From: a virus
Strand: one strand, 5' to 3'
IMG/VR virus record: IMGVR_UViG_3300025880_000012
Coordinates: 1 to 64,000 of that record
Length of the DNA: 64,000 nucleotides
Shown here: positions 1-9,400 of the stretch, in pieces
How positions within the stretch are numbered: position 1 is the stretch's first letter
Layout of the letters: each line of letters begins with the position of its first letter
Translations under genes and position numbers: made by a program
Notes under the pieces: generated by a model
What the model saw: the letters and a program-made list of their open reading frames with translations, nothing else
Databases searched by the model: none
What the model was told of the DNA's origin: nothing

Positions 1-157
1 CAAGAATGAAATCATCTTCTGCTCTAACTACTACGTCAGAGCAAATTCCGCCTTCGTAGTAACCCTTGCCTGTATCGAATGAGCAAAAAACATTTACAAC
101 GTTAGAGTCGACGTAATCGACTTGATCAATTTTTAAGTTATCTATTGTTAAGTTCAT
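1..157 (-). CDS. hypothetical protein, runs off window start (MNLTIDNLKIDQVDYVDSNVVNVFCSFDTGKGYYEGG...)
   Basis: Open frame from ATG at 157 to the window edge, directly downstream of a sigma70-like promoter. Confidence 0.7.
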   Translation of the reverse strand, partial: MNLTIDNLKIDQVDYVDSNVVNVFCSFDTGKGYYEGGICSDVVVRAEDDFIL

Positions 158-192
158 ATATACAAGGTAAGGCAAAAAAGAGCTGACGTCAA
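158..192 (-). promoter_or_regulatory. sigma70-like promoter, probably leaderless
   Basis: Minus strand reads TTGACG-17 nt-TACCTT-6 nt-ATG(157). Confidence 0.6.
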
Positions 193-474
193 ACTTATTG
201 GCGTTTATTTTAAAGAAAGTTATTCACAAAACACCCACCCTATTAGTTAGAAAAATACGAATAAACTTGACACAGATAGCCCGGGGGGTGGTATATATCA
301 ATATCCCCTATAAATTCAAATCAATTCAAATTATATGTATAAAAAAAACAACCCACCCCATTAATGAGAAATAAATTAAATTCAATTAATTAAGGGAATT
401 AGAAAAAGCAAAAAAAATCCGAACCCATGTTATTTCTGGGGGTTGGCGGCGAAATCAGTGTATTTATTAGTACA

Positions 475-717
475 ATGAACTCAATTATATCAGTGTGTGA
501 AGAATACAGCGACAATGTATGGTATTCTGAATTTGATGAGTATTCTATGCCTACAAAAATAGCAATAGAAATTGAAAAAAAGTACAAATTTAACTTTTTA
601 AAAACCGTACTCCGACATGGGTACATATTAGGTGGCATGCGAAGAAAAGATGAGAATTATTCTATTCTTCAATTAGAAAAGTCAGAAAAGCCAATAATAT
701 TGTCTGATTTGATATAA
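475..717 (+). CDS. hypothetical protein (start reassigned from 427 to ATG 475)
   Basis: ORF; GTGTA motif at 458 lies 17 nt before ATG 475. Confidence 0.6.
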   Translation: MNSIISVCEEYSDNVWYSEFDEYSMPTKIAIEIEKKYKFNFLKTVLRHGYILGGMRRKDENYSILQLEKSEKPIILSDLI

Positions 718-729
718 ATTAAATTTAAA

Positions 730-936
730 ATGAGCGAGAGAGAATGCGCTGAAGGTTCGGCGCACAATACACAATTATGTTGGGTACATACTAAATGGGG
801 CAGGCATCAAGCTAGGGTATTAATGGAAACAATACAAACAGAAGGTCATTATGTTATTGTACAAATGATAAACAATGCTTTTGAATTAGAAGAGTCACTA
901 AAGGTATTTACAATAGATCAAATAGAATATATTTAA
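730..936 (+). CDS. hypothetical protein
   Basis: 68 aa ORF closely spaced between neighbours. Confidence 0.55.
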   Translation: MSERECAEGSAHNTQLCWVHTKWGRHQARVLMETIQTEGHYVIVQMINNAFELEESLKVFTIDQIEYI

Positions 937-968
937 AATAAATTTCGGGGCATTATAATAATATACAT

Positions 969-1511
969 ATGTCTACATACAAAAAGAATAGATACTACAA
1001 ACTAAGAAGAGAATGGAAAGAAAGTAAAGAAGAATACAATAATATTAATGAATTATACAAAGGAATTGAAAAACAATTTATAATTAATATAATTAAATTT
1101 TGCGAAGATCACAAATTGGCGAATCCATTTACCGAATCGTCTCCTGAAGCTCAAAATGTTGGCGGCGATGTAATTTCTTCTTCTTTTAAATCACTATATC
1201 GAAAGATAGCAGTACGTACCCATCCAGACAAAAACAAAAACAAACCAAATGCGCGCGACATATATGAATCAGCAACTATAGCCAAGAAAGAAGGAAATTT
1301 ACAGGAGCTTCTCGACGCTGGTAAAAAGGTAGACATTAAATTAAAAGCAAATGAATTAAACTTAGACGAATTAGATCTACTTGAATCTAATGTAAATGAA
1401 TTAAAAATTAAAATAAACAAAATTAAAAATAGTTATCCTTGGGTTTGGTTTCATTCTAATCCAAGTAAAAGAAATATGATTTTTTATAATTTTATTGAAT
1501 CTTCATCTTAA
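969..1511 (+). CDS. J-domain (DnaJ-like, HPD) protein
   Basis: KSLYRKIAVRTHPDK motif; paralogue at 36651-37307. Confidence 0.75.
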   Translation: MSTYKKNRYYKLRREWKESKEEYNNINELYKGIEKQFIINIIKFCEDHKLANPFTESSPEAQNVGGDVISSSFKSLYRKIAVRTHPDKNKNKPNARDIYESATIAKKEGNLQELLDAGKKVDIKLKANELNLDELDLLESNVNELKIKINKIKNSYPWVWFHSNPSKRNMIFYNFIESSS

Positions 1512-1594
1512 TATAATGAAATGTAATAAAAATACGAATTCTGAAATTTTGAGGAATTTCGTGTTGAAAACTTCTACTACTTTACTATAATATA

Positions 1595-1610
1595 GTGTAT
1601 AACTTACTAC
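1595..1610 (+). promoter_or_regulatory. GTGTA putative late promoter (phoH)
   Basis: GTGTA starts 16 nt before ATG. Confidence 0.6.
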
Positions 1611-2312
1611 ATGCCAAAGAAAAAAACTGACTTACAAATCGGGCAGTTTAAATCAAAGATTGTTGTTAAAAATATTGGTTTAACTGAAAAGCAAAAGTCG
1701 CTTGTGCGATTAGGGCTAGATGACAATAACAAAGTAATATTTATTACTGGACCAGCAGGTTCAACTAAAACATTTATGGCTGTTTATTGTGCTCTTAAAA
1801 AATTAAAACAAAATGATGAGTTGGATCTAATGTATGTTAGGACCGTCATCGAGAGTGCTGATAAAGGGCTTGGAGCTCTACCAGGAGATATAGATGAAAA
1901 GTTTAACCCTTATATGGCTCCACTGGATGATAAATTAAGGGAATTACTACCTTCTGGGACAGGAATTAGGCAGGAGTTAATTCAAAGCAAAAGAGCTCAG
2001 GCTATGCCTGTTAATTTCTTAAGAGGAGCTAGTTGGAACAATAAGATTGTTATTGCTGATGAAGCTCAAAACTTCACACGCCAAGAACTAACAACTTTAA
2101 TGACTAGGTTAGGAGAAACTAGCCAATTATTTATTTGTGGAGATTACATGCAGAGCGATATCAATGGAAAAAGCGGATTCAAGGGTATGTTTGACTTGTT
2201 TGACGATCAAGAAAGTGTAGAAAGAGGAATTCACTGTTTTTCATTTGGTATTGAAGATATCAAGAGAAGTCAAATCTTAAAATACATTATTAAGAAAATC
2301 AATAAAAAATAG
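1611..2312 (+). CDS. phoH: PhoH-family ATPase
   Basis: GPAGSTKT Walker A variant, LGALPGD, FLRGASW, IADEAQN, LMTRLG, GDYMQSD. Confidence 0.93.
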   Translation: MPKKKTDLQIGQFKSKIVVKNIGLTEKQKSLVRLGLDDNNKVIFITGPAGSTKTFMAVYCALKKLKQNDELDLMYVRTVIESADKGLGALPGDIDEKFNPYMAPLDDKLRELLPSGTGIRQELIQSKRAQAMPVNFLRGASWNNKIVIADEAQNFTRQELTTLMTRLGETSQLFICGDYMQSDINGKSGFKGMFDLFDDQESVERGIHCFSFGIEDIKRSQILKYIIKKINKK

Positions 2313-2327
2313 TGTAACCACTATATC
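2312..2327 (+). promoter_or_regulatory. GTGTA putative late promoter
   Basis: 16 nt before ATG 2328. Confidence 0.6.
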
Positions 2328-3674
2328 ATGGCAAAAATATTTTTTAACGACAAACAATCAGGAGATAGTCTTACGGCGACCAATGTTAACGACATTAAGG
2401 ACGTAATCAATACAAACGCTGATCAATTAGAGTCGGACATATCTAGCTTACACTTGCAAGATAGTGCAAGCAGTTCATCCACTACAGCAGAATCTATAAG
2501 TAATGGAACTGTTAGTGGTTATTACGACAATAACGATCAATTTAGGTACAATCACCATATCATTCCAGAATCTAATGCTAATTTTGACATTGGTAATGCA
2601 GAATATAAAGTTAGACATTTATTTTTGTCAGATAATTCTTTATGGGTTGGAGATAATAACAAAATTACCATTGGTGCAGATGGAAGTATTAATAATGCAC
2701 GTATAGATAGAAACATAGTACCACCATACATTCAAACACTGCTTGACGACAATGCAGAAGAGATCTATGAATCAATCAAGGCTCCTAACGGCATTCAGGA
2801 ATTCGCACTGGTTTCAGCTATTTCTCCTGAAATGTACTTAAAGTATGCTCAACAATACAATAATGATGTAACTATTGACGACATTTATCCACCAGAAGGA
2901 ACAGCTAATTACGACAAAACTCAATGGAGTGTTAATGCGAGCATGATTCCATTTAAGAAAACAAATGCACTTAAAATCTCAAGTTACACACCATCATCAC
3001 CAGCTAGTAATACTATATATTTCGAATTAGACTTGGATAAAAGCTCTAGTTTTTATCTGGAGTTAAACGACAACACAAAACACCAAATACATTTTAAAAT
3101 TAAGGCATTAAATATAACAGAAAATTATGATTTTAATATTCATTTAAAACCTACAAACAATTTTACCAATTTCACACAAACTCCAACAGTTCGTTTTAGT
3201 TTAGGTGATAGCAGTTCATACAATATAAAACATTATGAGAAATTAACTTCAGATAGTTTAGATGTAAATGGAGATCCAGATTACCTTGCCGCAACAGATT
3301 TAATGATTGATGCAAAAATCTTTTTCGTTTCTACATCAAGCGGAACGATAGTAATGAACGAACCTGAAGTCAGTAATGGATTCACAGATGCATATGACTC
3401 TAATGGAAATAAATATCGAGCTGGAGGAATGGAAAATTATAACTTATGGGGCGCAAACCCACCCACCGCACCAATATACGCATACGATAATAACGGAATA
3501 ATTAGCTTTGTTGATGCAATGACCTTTAGTCCTATCGATTTATCTAATATTACAATTAATAATGTTGACCCTGAAGGTTATGTAACTTCTTTTGATTACT
3601 CAGTGACAGAAAAAAGAGTTAATTCTATACTAAACTTTAATAGTTTTGGTAGCGAAGTTAATAAATATTGGTAG
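2328..3674 (+). CDS. putative virion structural/fibre protein
   Basis: MAKIF start and ESDISSLHLQDS segment shared with the 37.4-39.5 kb fibres; IIPESNANFDIGNAEYKVRHLFLSDNSLWVG motif typical of viral fibre proteins. Confidence 0.6.
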   Translation: MAKIFFNDKQSGDSLTATNVNDIKDVINTNADQLESDISSLHLQDSASSSSTTAESISNGTVSGYYDNNDQFRYNHHIIPESNANFDIGNAEYKVRHLFLSDNSLWVGDNNKITIGADGSINNARIDRNIVPPYIQTLLDDNAEEIYESIKAPNGIQEFALVSAISPEMYLKYAQQYNNDVTIDDIYPPEGTANYDKTQWSVNASMIPFKKTNALKISSYTPSSPASNTIYFELDLDKSSSFYLELNDNTKHQIHFKIKALNITENYDFNIHLKPTNNFTNFTQTPTVRFSLGDSSSYNIKHYEKLTSDSLDVNGDPDYLAATDLMIDAKIFFVSTSSGTIVMNEPEVSNGFTDAYDSNGNKYRAGGMENYNLWGANPPTAPIYAYDNNGIISFVDAMTFSPIDLSNITINNVDPEGYVTSFDYSVTEKRVNSILNFNSFGSEVNKYW

Positions 3675-4219
3675 TGGTTTTATCGAAAAAATATAATTTT
3701 TTAATATTAAACCCAGCAAAAACTGCCACAAAGGCCGTATTTACATATTATCAGTCAATTAATCAATCCGAGCAATATAAGCTAGGTTGGCATAGCGATG
3801 TAAATCACACAATACGGCAGTCTCAAAAATACAAGATAAACCTCAAAAACATTAAAAAATATTGTTTCATTAGGGGTCCGATAGATAGAGCAATATCTAT
3901 GTTTCATATGACTTATCAATATTACAGCCTAAGTGACCGAAAAAGTAAATTTAAGAACAGCCTGATGAGCGATAATATGTTGCCAATGGAAAAGTATTAC
4001 AAACACAATAACGAAATTTGGGCTGATGAGATTTTTAAATTCGAAGATCTAAAAAATAGCATAAAATTAATCAATCAAGCTCACAATATAGATTTGCCAG
4101 AATTCCAAGTAAGATCATCAGATTATGATGTGAATTATAAAGAATGGCTGGATGTTGAAACCATAAATTATATATGTGATAGAGAAAAAGAAACTTTCAA
4201 ACTAATCAATTCAATTTAA
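3668..4219 (+). CDS. sulfotransferase family 2-like protein (start may be GTG 3674)
   Basis: PAKTATKAV (5'-PSB-like) and FIRGPIDRAISMF (3'-PB-like) motifs. Confidence 0.65.
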   Translation: MVVVLSKKYNFLILNPAKTATKAVFTYYQSINQSEQYKLGWHSDVNHTIRQSQKYKINLKNIKKYCFIRGPIDRAISMFHMTYQYYSLSDRKSKFKNSLMSDNMLPMEKYYKHNNEIWADEIFKFEDLKNSIKLINQAHNIDLPEFQVRSSDYDVNYKEWLDVETINYICDREKETFKLINSI

Positions 4220-4233
4220 GTGTATAACATTAT
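4220..4233 (+). promoter_or_regulatory. GTGTA putative late promoter
   Basis: 14 nt before ATG 4234. Confidence 0.6.
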
Positions 4234-4668
4234 ATGTTTGGGAGTATAATGAATACAGTTATTGGCGCGGGTATTAAAGTCGGAGCTAATTTAATTAACT
4301 TTTGGTTAGAGCAAAAAAAACAAGACCAAATGCTACTTGCGGCCCGAGATAATGAAATGTTAAAAGCTCTCATTGAAAACCAAAACAAAAGGGCTGATGA
4401 TCCGTTTGTGAAAGTAACAAGGCGTATATTATTTATGAGCATTACATTTACTATGTGTTTTTTAATGATATATTACGCAATGAATCCACATATTACATAT
4501 GATGTTTTAATGCCAAAAGGTGATAACTCAAAATATGGATTATTTGCTTGGGTATTTGGAGGTGAAAGTTGGACTCAAGTGGAACTTACAGGAGGATTAA
4601 TGTTGGCTTCATTTATGGATTTATGCTTTATGGTTATAGGTTTTTATGCAATTCCATCTAAAAAATGA
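4234..4668 (+). CDS. putative holin-like membrane protein
   Basis: Amphipathic N-terminus, two hydrophobic segments, C-terminal VIGFY motif resembling 3TM holins. Confidence 0.45.
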   Translation: MFGSIMNTVIGAGIKVGANLINFWLEQKKQDQMLLAARDNEMLKALIENQNKRADDPFVKVTRRILFMSITFTMCFLMIYYAMNPHITYDVLMPKGDNSKYGLFAWVFGGESWTQVELTGGLMLASFMDLCFMVIGFYAIPSKK

Positions 4669-4964
4669 ATAAATTTATAATATATTTATTTTCGTTATTA
4701 TTAACTCTAGGATGTGTTAATAAGTTAAGTGTAAAAAATAAGAACAAACCCGTTTCAACAGAAATTGTATCTTTTGATGTAGTAGATATTGATGAAGATG
4801 GAGCAATTTCAGAAAAAGAATTTAATCGAGCAAAAACAAATAGCTCAATCAATTATAAGGATCCAATGTGGTCAATGTATAGCATCATAGGAATGGTTGG
4901 AGGGTTATTGGTTTTATCGAGCATATTACAATTTAAAAGGAAAAATAAAGATGTCAGAAATTAA
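4665..4964 (+). CDS. lipoprotein with EF-hand motif and C-terminal TM helix (u-spanin-like topology)
   Basis: Signal with LTLGC lipobox; DIDEDGAISEKE loop; hydrophobic YSIIGMVGGLLVLSSIL followed by a basic tail. Confidence 0.5.
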   Translation: MNKFIIYLFSLLLTLGCVNKLSVKNKNKPVSTEIVSFDVVDIDEDGAISEKEFNRAKTNSSINYKDPMWSMYSIIGMVGGLLVLSSILQFKRKNKDVRN

Positions 4965-5340
4965 TTTAAAAATAGGAGATACATCAGTATTAGATGTAAC
5001 AGTTTATAGGAATGATGAACCTTTAGACTTAAAAGATTATTTGGTTTTATTTACAGTCAAGAAACCATTTTTTGGATCGATTGGAATGAATAATCCAGAT
5101 GACACAAAAGCTATATTAACCAAAAATAGTGATATTGATAGTTCTGGAGGAATAGAGAAATATGGATTGGGGAATGTGAGAATAATTTTAGGAAGTTTAG
5201 ACACCAAGAATATAATCGATGGAGCTTACGAATATGATCTACAAATTTCAAAACCAGCAGAACAAGACACTGTAATTACAGTGGATTCTGGTAATATAAA
5301 TTTTTCAAAAGAGATCACGACACGTAATGCTCCGCTATGA
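4951..5340 (+). CDS. BppU N-terminal-like baseplate/fibre attachment protein (start ATG 4951)
   Basis: GDT...PLDL...FTVK...G.YEYDLQI...G pattern. Confidence 0.55.
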   Translation: MSEINLKIGDTSVLDVTVYRNDEPLDLKDYLVLFTVKKPFFGSIGMNNPDDTKAILTKNSDIDSSGGIEKYGLGNVRIILGSLDTKNIIDGAYEYDLQISKPAEQDTVITVDSGNINFSKEITTRNAPL

Positions 5341-5639
5341 CCACTTGCAAATATTCAGTCAAATTAAATAGTGTAAAAACTATATTTTGCGACAGTAACT
5401 TTATATCCAATGAATTGGGTGAAAAAATTGTATTTGATAATATGGAATTCAATTTCAAACAACATGATTATATTGTGGATCAAGAATTATTAGGTTGCGA
5501 AGTTTCTGATAAATCTGAATATCATGCGACAATTAATCAAATAATAACCAATAAAAATAAAGACATAAATAATGCTAGCGAAGTTTATTCTGCAACATTT
5601 AATAAAAATGTGTATAGTGCTACTATTAAATGCGGTTAA
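5337..5639 (+). CDS. hypothetical protein
   Basis: ORF with ATGA overlap to the upstream gene. Confidence 0.6.
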   Translation: MTTCKYSVKLNSVKTIFCDSNFISNELGEKIVFDNMEFNFKQHDYIVDQELLGCEVSDKSEYHATINQIITNKNKDINNASEVYSATFNKNVYSATIKCG

Positions 5640-5643
5640 TTAA

Positions 5644-5658
5644 GTGTAATATAATATA
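5644..5658 (+). promoter_or_regulatory. GTGTA putative late promoter
   Basis: 15 nt before ATG 5659. Confidence 0.6.
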
Positions 5659-6411
5659 ATGCCTACAAAACGTCCAGATCAATTACCAGAAGGAGAAGAT
5701 TTCGACTTTGATGATATCTTGATGGTTGAGAAAGATCCTGATTCACCGGATCGTAAATTATATAAAACTACATTACGTGAATTAATGGAAGCAGCTCTAA
5801 AAATTGACTCAGAAAGAATGGGCAGTAATGCAATTGTAGGCACTCAATCGCAATTTGATTGGTTGATAGAGCAAATGAACAAAATTCAAGAAAGCAATAT
5901 CACTAATGTTGACAGTTACGAAAACTACGATTCACCCACCAAGGAACTTGAAGAATCTTATGTAACTCCAACTCCGACCCCTACACCCAGCATAACCCCA
6001 ACAGTCTCAGCGACACCAGCAGACCCCAATCAACCCAAACCAAGTCCCTCGGTAACTCCAACTCCTACAGCTACACCTCGACCTGCTACCATATCTCGAC
6101 AAATTACTATAGAAGGTCGACAAAATGTGATTATACCTTTACCTGAGGAGCATAAACCAGAAAAATATGGTTACAACACTTGGTCTATAAAAGCTGGGCA
6201 GGATACAGACAATATTTATTTTAATTATTTTGGAGTATTTCCTGATTTATTTAGACCTAGCGCAATTGGCGAAAAATTAATGTCTTTCATTCAAATTGAT
6301 CAAGGTTTTTTTAGAGCTGAAGTTGGATTAATAGATTCTATTGGTAATTTAAATAGTACTCAAGGCTTAACTAGTGGCAGCGACATTACATTTACAATAA
6401 TTTATTCATAA
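5659..6411 (+). CDS. putative structural protein with Pro/Thr-rich linker
   Basis: TPTPTPTPSITPT tract; preceded by GTGTA motif. Confidence 0.6.
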   Translation: MPTKRPDQLPEGEDFDFDDILMVEKDPDSPDRKLYKTTLRELMEAALKIDSERMGSNAIVGTQSQFDWLIEQMNKIQESNITNVDSYENYDSPTKELEESYVTPTPTPTPSITPTVSATPADPNQPKPSPSVTPTPTATPRPATISRQITIEGRQNVIIPLPEEHKPEKYGYNTWSIKAGQDTDNIYFNYFGVFPDLFRPSAIGEKLMSFIQIDQGFFRAEVGLIDSIGNLNSTQGLTSGSDITFTIIYS

Positions 6412-6412
6412 A

Positions 6413-9400
6413 ATGCCAAATGTAGAAGATAGTGATCAAAGTAAGGAAAATGCATTTTTCTTGGTCAAAGATGTTAGCAAAACACTTATTGGTGGAAAAG
6501 ATGCTGATGGAAATCCTCAAGCTTATTTCGATACATCGGATGTAGGAGTTATACAATCTACAGCCTTATTGCAAAAACTAAATAACTCTGAATTCGTATT
6601 GGGTAGCGAAGGGGAAGTTAATCAAACATGGTTTACATTTTTGCAGCAGGGATCAAAAGTTTACAGTATGGGAGGCAATTCTACCCCAAGTACAGTAACG
6701 ATAACATGGAATAATAGCTCAAACTTAGAATCGGATATTGAAAAATGTAGAGATTTAGAGGTTAATTGGGCCCAATCTGTTTTAGATCAATGGGATACTG
6801 TTGTAACTAGCCCCGGTCCCCCACCATTCTTTAAGCCAATCAATACTAATTTTGGGCAAAAAGTTTTTAATAGTGGGGAGGTGAAAAATGACTTATTATC
6901 AGCTGACCCCTCAATTTCTAGCATAACAAGTAAGGATACTTTGAAATCTTATCTTGAAGATATTATTTCTGGCGCCAACAATCATTCAGTTAAACCAGGC
7001 TCAAGAGGCAGATCCACCATTCCAATTGTTGAGTATTTTAAATTTTACAATTCATCTACTGGCGAAAAATTTGAAAACCCAGGTACTGTTGATGATTTAA
7101 TGACATTAATCAACTCAATTTATGGTAATACAGAATCAGAACAAATTCAAGCCCAAAGAGATAATTTAAGTAATTTTAGTAGTCTTGGAGAAGCTGTTTT
7201 AGCATTTCAGAATTCGACTGAATATTCAGTTGGGCCGTTTGTTCAGGGTGAAGAAAGAATTACTGGGTACCAAAATATTAACACAGAGGAAGCTGTCTCT
7301 GAGATACCAGAAGGTGAAGATATAGCTAATTTTACACCATTAACAGAGATTATTTCAATACTTGACAACTTTAAAAAACAATTTAGTAAATATACTGATT
7401 TAGGAGCTCCAGAACATTTGTTCTCTGGGGTAATGATTAATAATTATTTAATTGAAAACCAAACAATATCCGGTTTAGCTGATACCCCTTCAGGCAATAT
7501 CAGTGGCATGTTATTGGTGAGTGATGGTAGTGGTTTCGATTATGTTAGTCATACATTAACCGGCTTAAGCGATACTCCTACTGGGTATTTGTCAGGCTAT
7601 TATTTGCGTTCTCATGCTAGTGGGTTTGAATATATATCACCAGAAGATTTTGGTGAAAGTATTGACTACTTTACTGGATTAAGTGACACACCGAGCGGGT
7701 ATGTTAGTCATTCTGGTCATTATCTGATAGTAAATGACGGTGAAAGTGGTATACATTTTACAGGTATTGAAAAAATCGCACAAGATTTAACGAATCATGG
7801 TTTTGTTGGGGGCGAAGGGTCAAATCACTTTACAGGACTACAAGATACACCTAGCGATTATAATAGCGGTCACTATTTGCGATCCACTGACAATGGTATA
7901 GAGTATGCTGAACCATCTGAACTGGGGCAAGATATACTCACTAATACTACTGGGTTGGCTAGTGGATATTTACGTATTGATGATGACGGCACAGGTATCG
8001 TTATTGTTGACCGTGAAACTTTTAAAGACGAAATTGATCTACAAGCCGACTTTACAGGACTACAAGATACACCTAGCGATTATAGCGAAGGAGACTACCT
8101 TCGTTCAACCTCAAACGGACTAGAGTACGTTACTACTAGTGGTTTAGCTCAAGATATTGGTGATGAAATCGTTAACAATATAGTGACTGGAGATTTATTG
8201 GGATTCACGGGTCTAAATGATACACCTACAGGTTACGAAACAGGTAAATTTGTACGAGTAAATTCCGCTGGAGATGCGGTAGAGTATTCAGACATTTCGT
8301 TTTTAAACGATGTTATTGATGCACCCGAAAGTCAATTAGTTAGCGGATTTCTGCAGCTCGATAAAGACGGAAAATTAGTTTGGTCTCCAGCAACTACTGA
8401 TGGAGATGTTAGTTTTACCATTACTGGGGCGACACATTTTACTGGCCTACTGGATACACCAAATGCTTATGATAACGGTAAGTTTTTAGCATTTGATGCA
8501 TTTAAAAATCAAATCACAGGCGTGGAGTTAAAACTAGCATCAAGTTTTTACGGGCCTGCAGATGTGATTAACGACCCTAATGATTTAGCTAAGGTAGGAG
8601 ATAAAAAAATATTAGAATACCATAAAACTCAAGAACATGGGTATGAAATCAAATGGGTTGATCAAATTACTGAAATTACAACCTTTACTGGCCTTAACGA
8701 TACTCCAACAAATTACCAAGAAGGTAAATACTTACGTTCTACCGCAGACGGTTTAGAGTATGTTGATATCACAGGTTTAGCTGAAGAAGTATCCGCAGAG
8801 ATCGATTTTCCTGAAGGAGCGACTGGATTCACTGGGTTACATGATACACCAGCAGATTACCAAGAAGGTAAATACTTACGTTCTACCGCAGACGGTTTAG
8901 AGTATGTTGATATCACAGGTTTAGCTGAAGAAGTATCCGCAGAGATCGATTTTCCTGAAGGAGCGACTGGATTTACTGGGTTACATGATACACCAGCAGA
9001 TTACCAAGAAGGTAAATACTTACGTTCTACCGCAGACGGTTTAGAGTATGTTGATATTACAGGTTTAGCTGAAGAAGTATCCTCAGAGATCGATTTTCCT
9101 GAAGGAGCGACTGCATTCACTGGGTTACATGATACACCAGCAGATTACAAAAACTACGAAGATAGATATTTTGTCGTTTCTAGCGGTGATTCCTTAAGCT
9201 ATGAACAAGTTAAATTTTTAGAAAATGTTAAAGATGCTCCAAATGTCAATAACGTTCCTAGTGATGGTACAGGATACTTGCAATTAGTTCAAGAATCAAA
9301 CGAGTGGATTTTAAAATGGGCTCCAGGAACTATCGAGGGTGATATCACTCAAAACTTTCAGGGCACAGAATATTTTACAGGTTTAGAAGATACTCCAACA

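Noticed and set aside
1531-1565. Imperfect hairpin upstream of phoH as an ncRNA or terminator
   Set aside because: Weak AT-rich stem with a bulge and no clear U-tract; insufficient support
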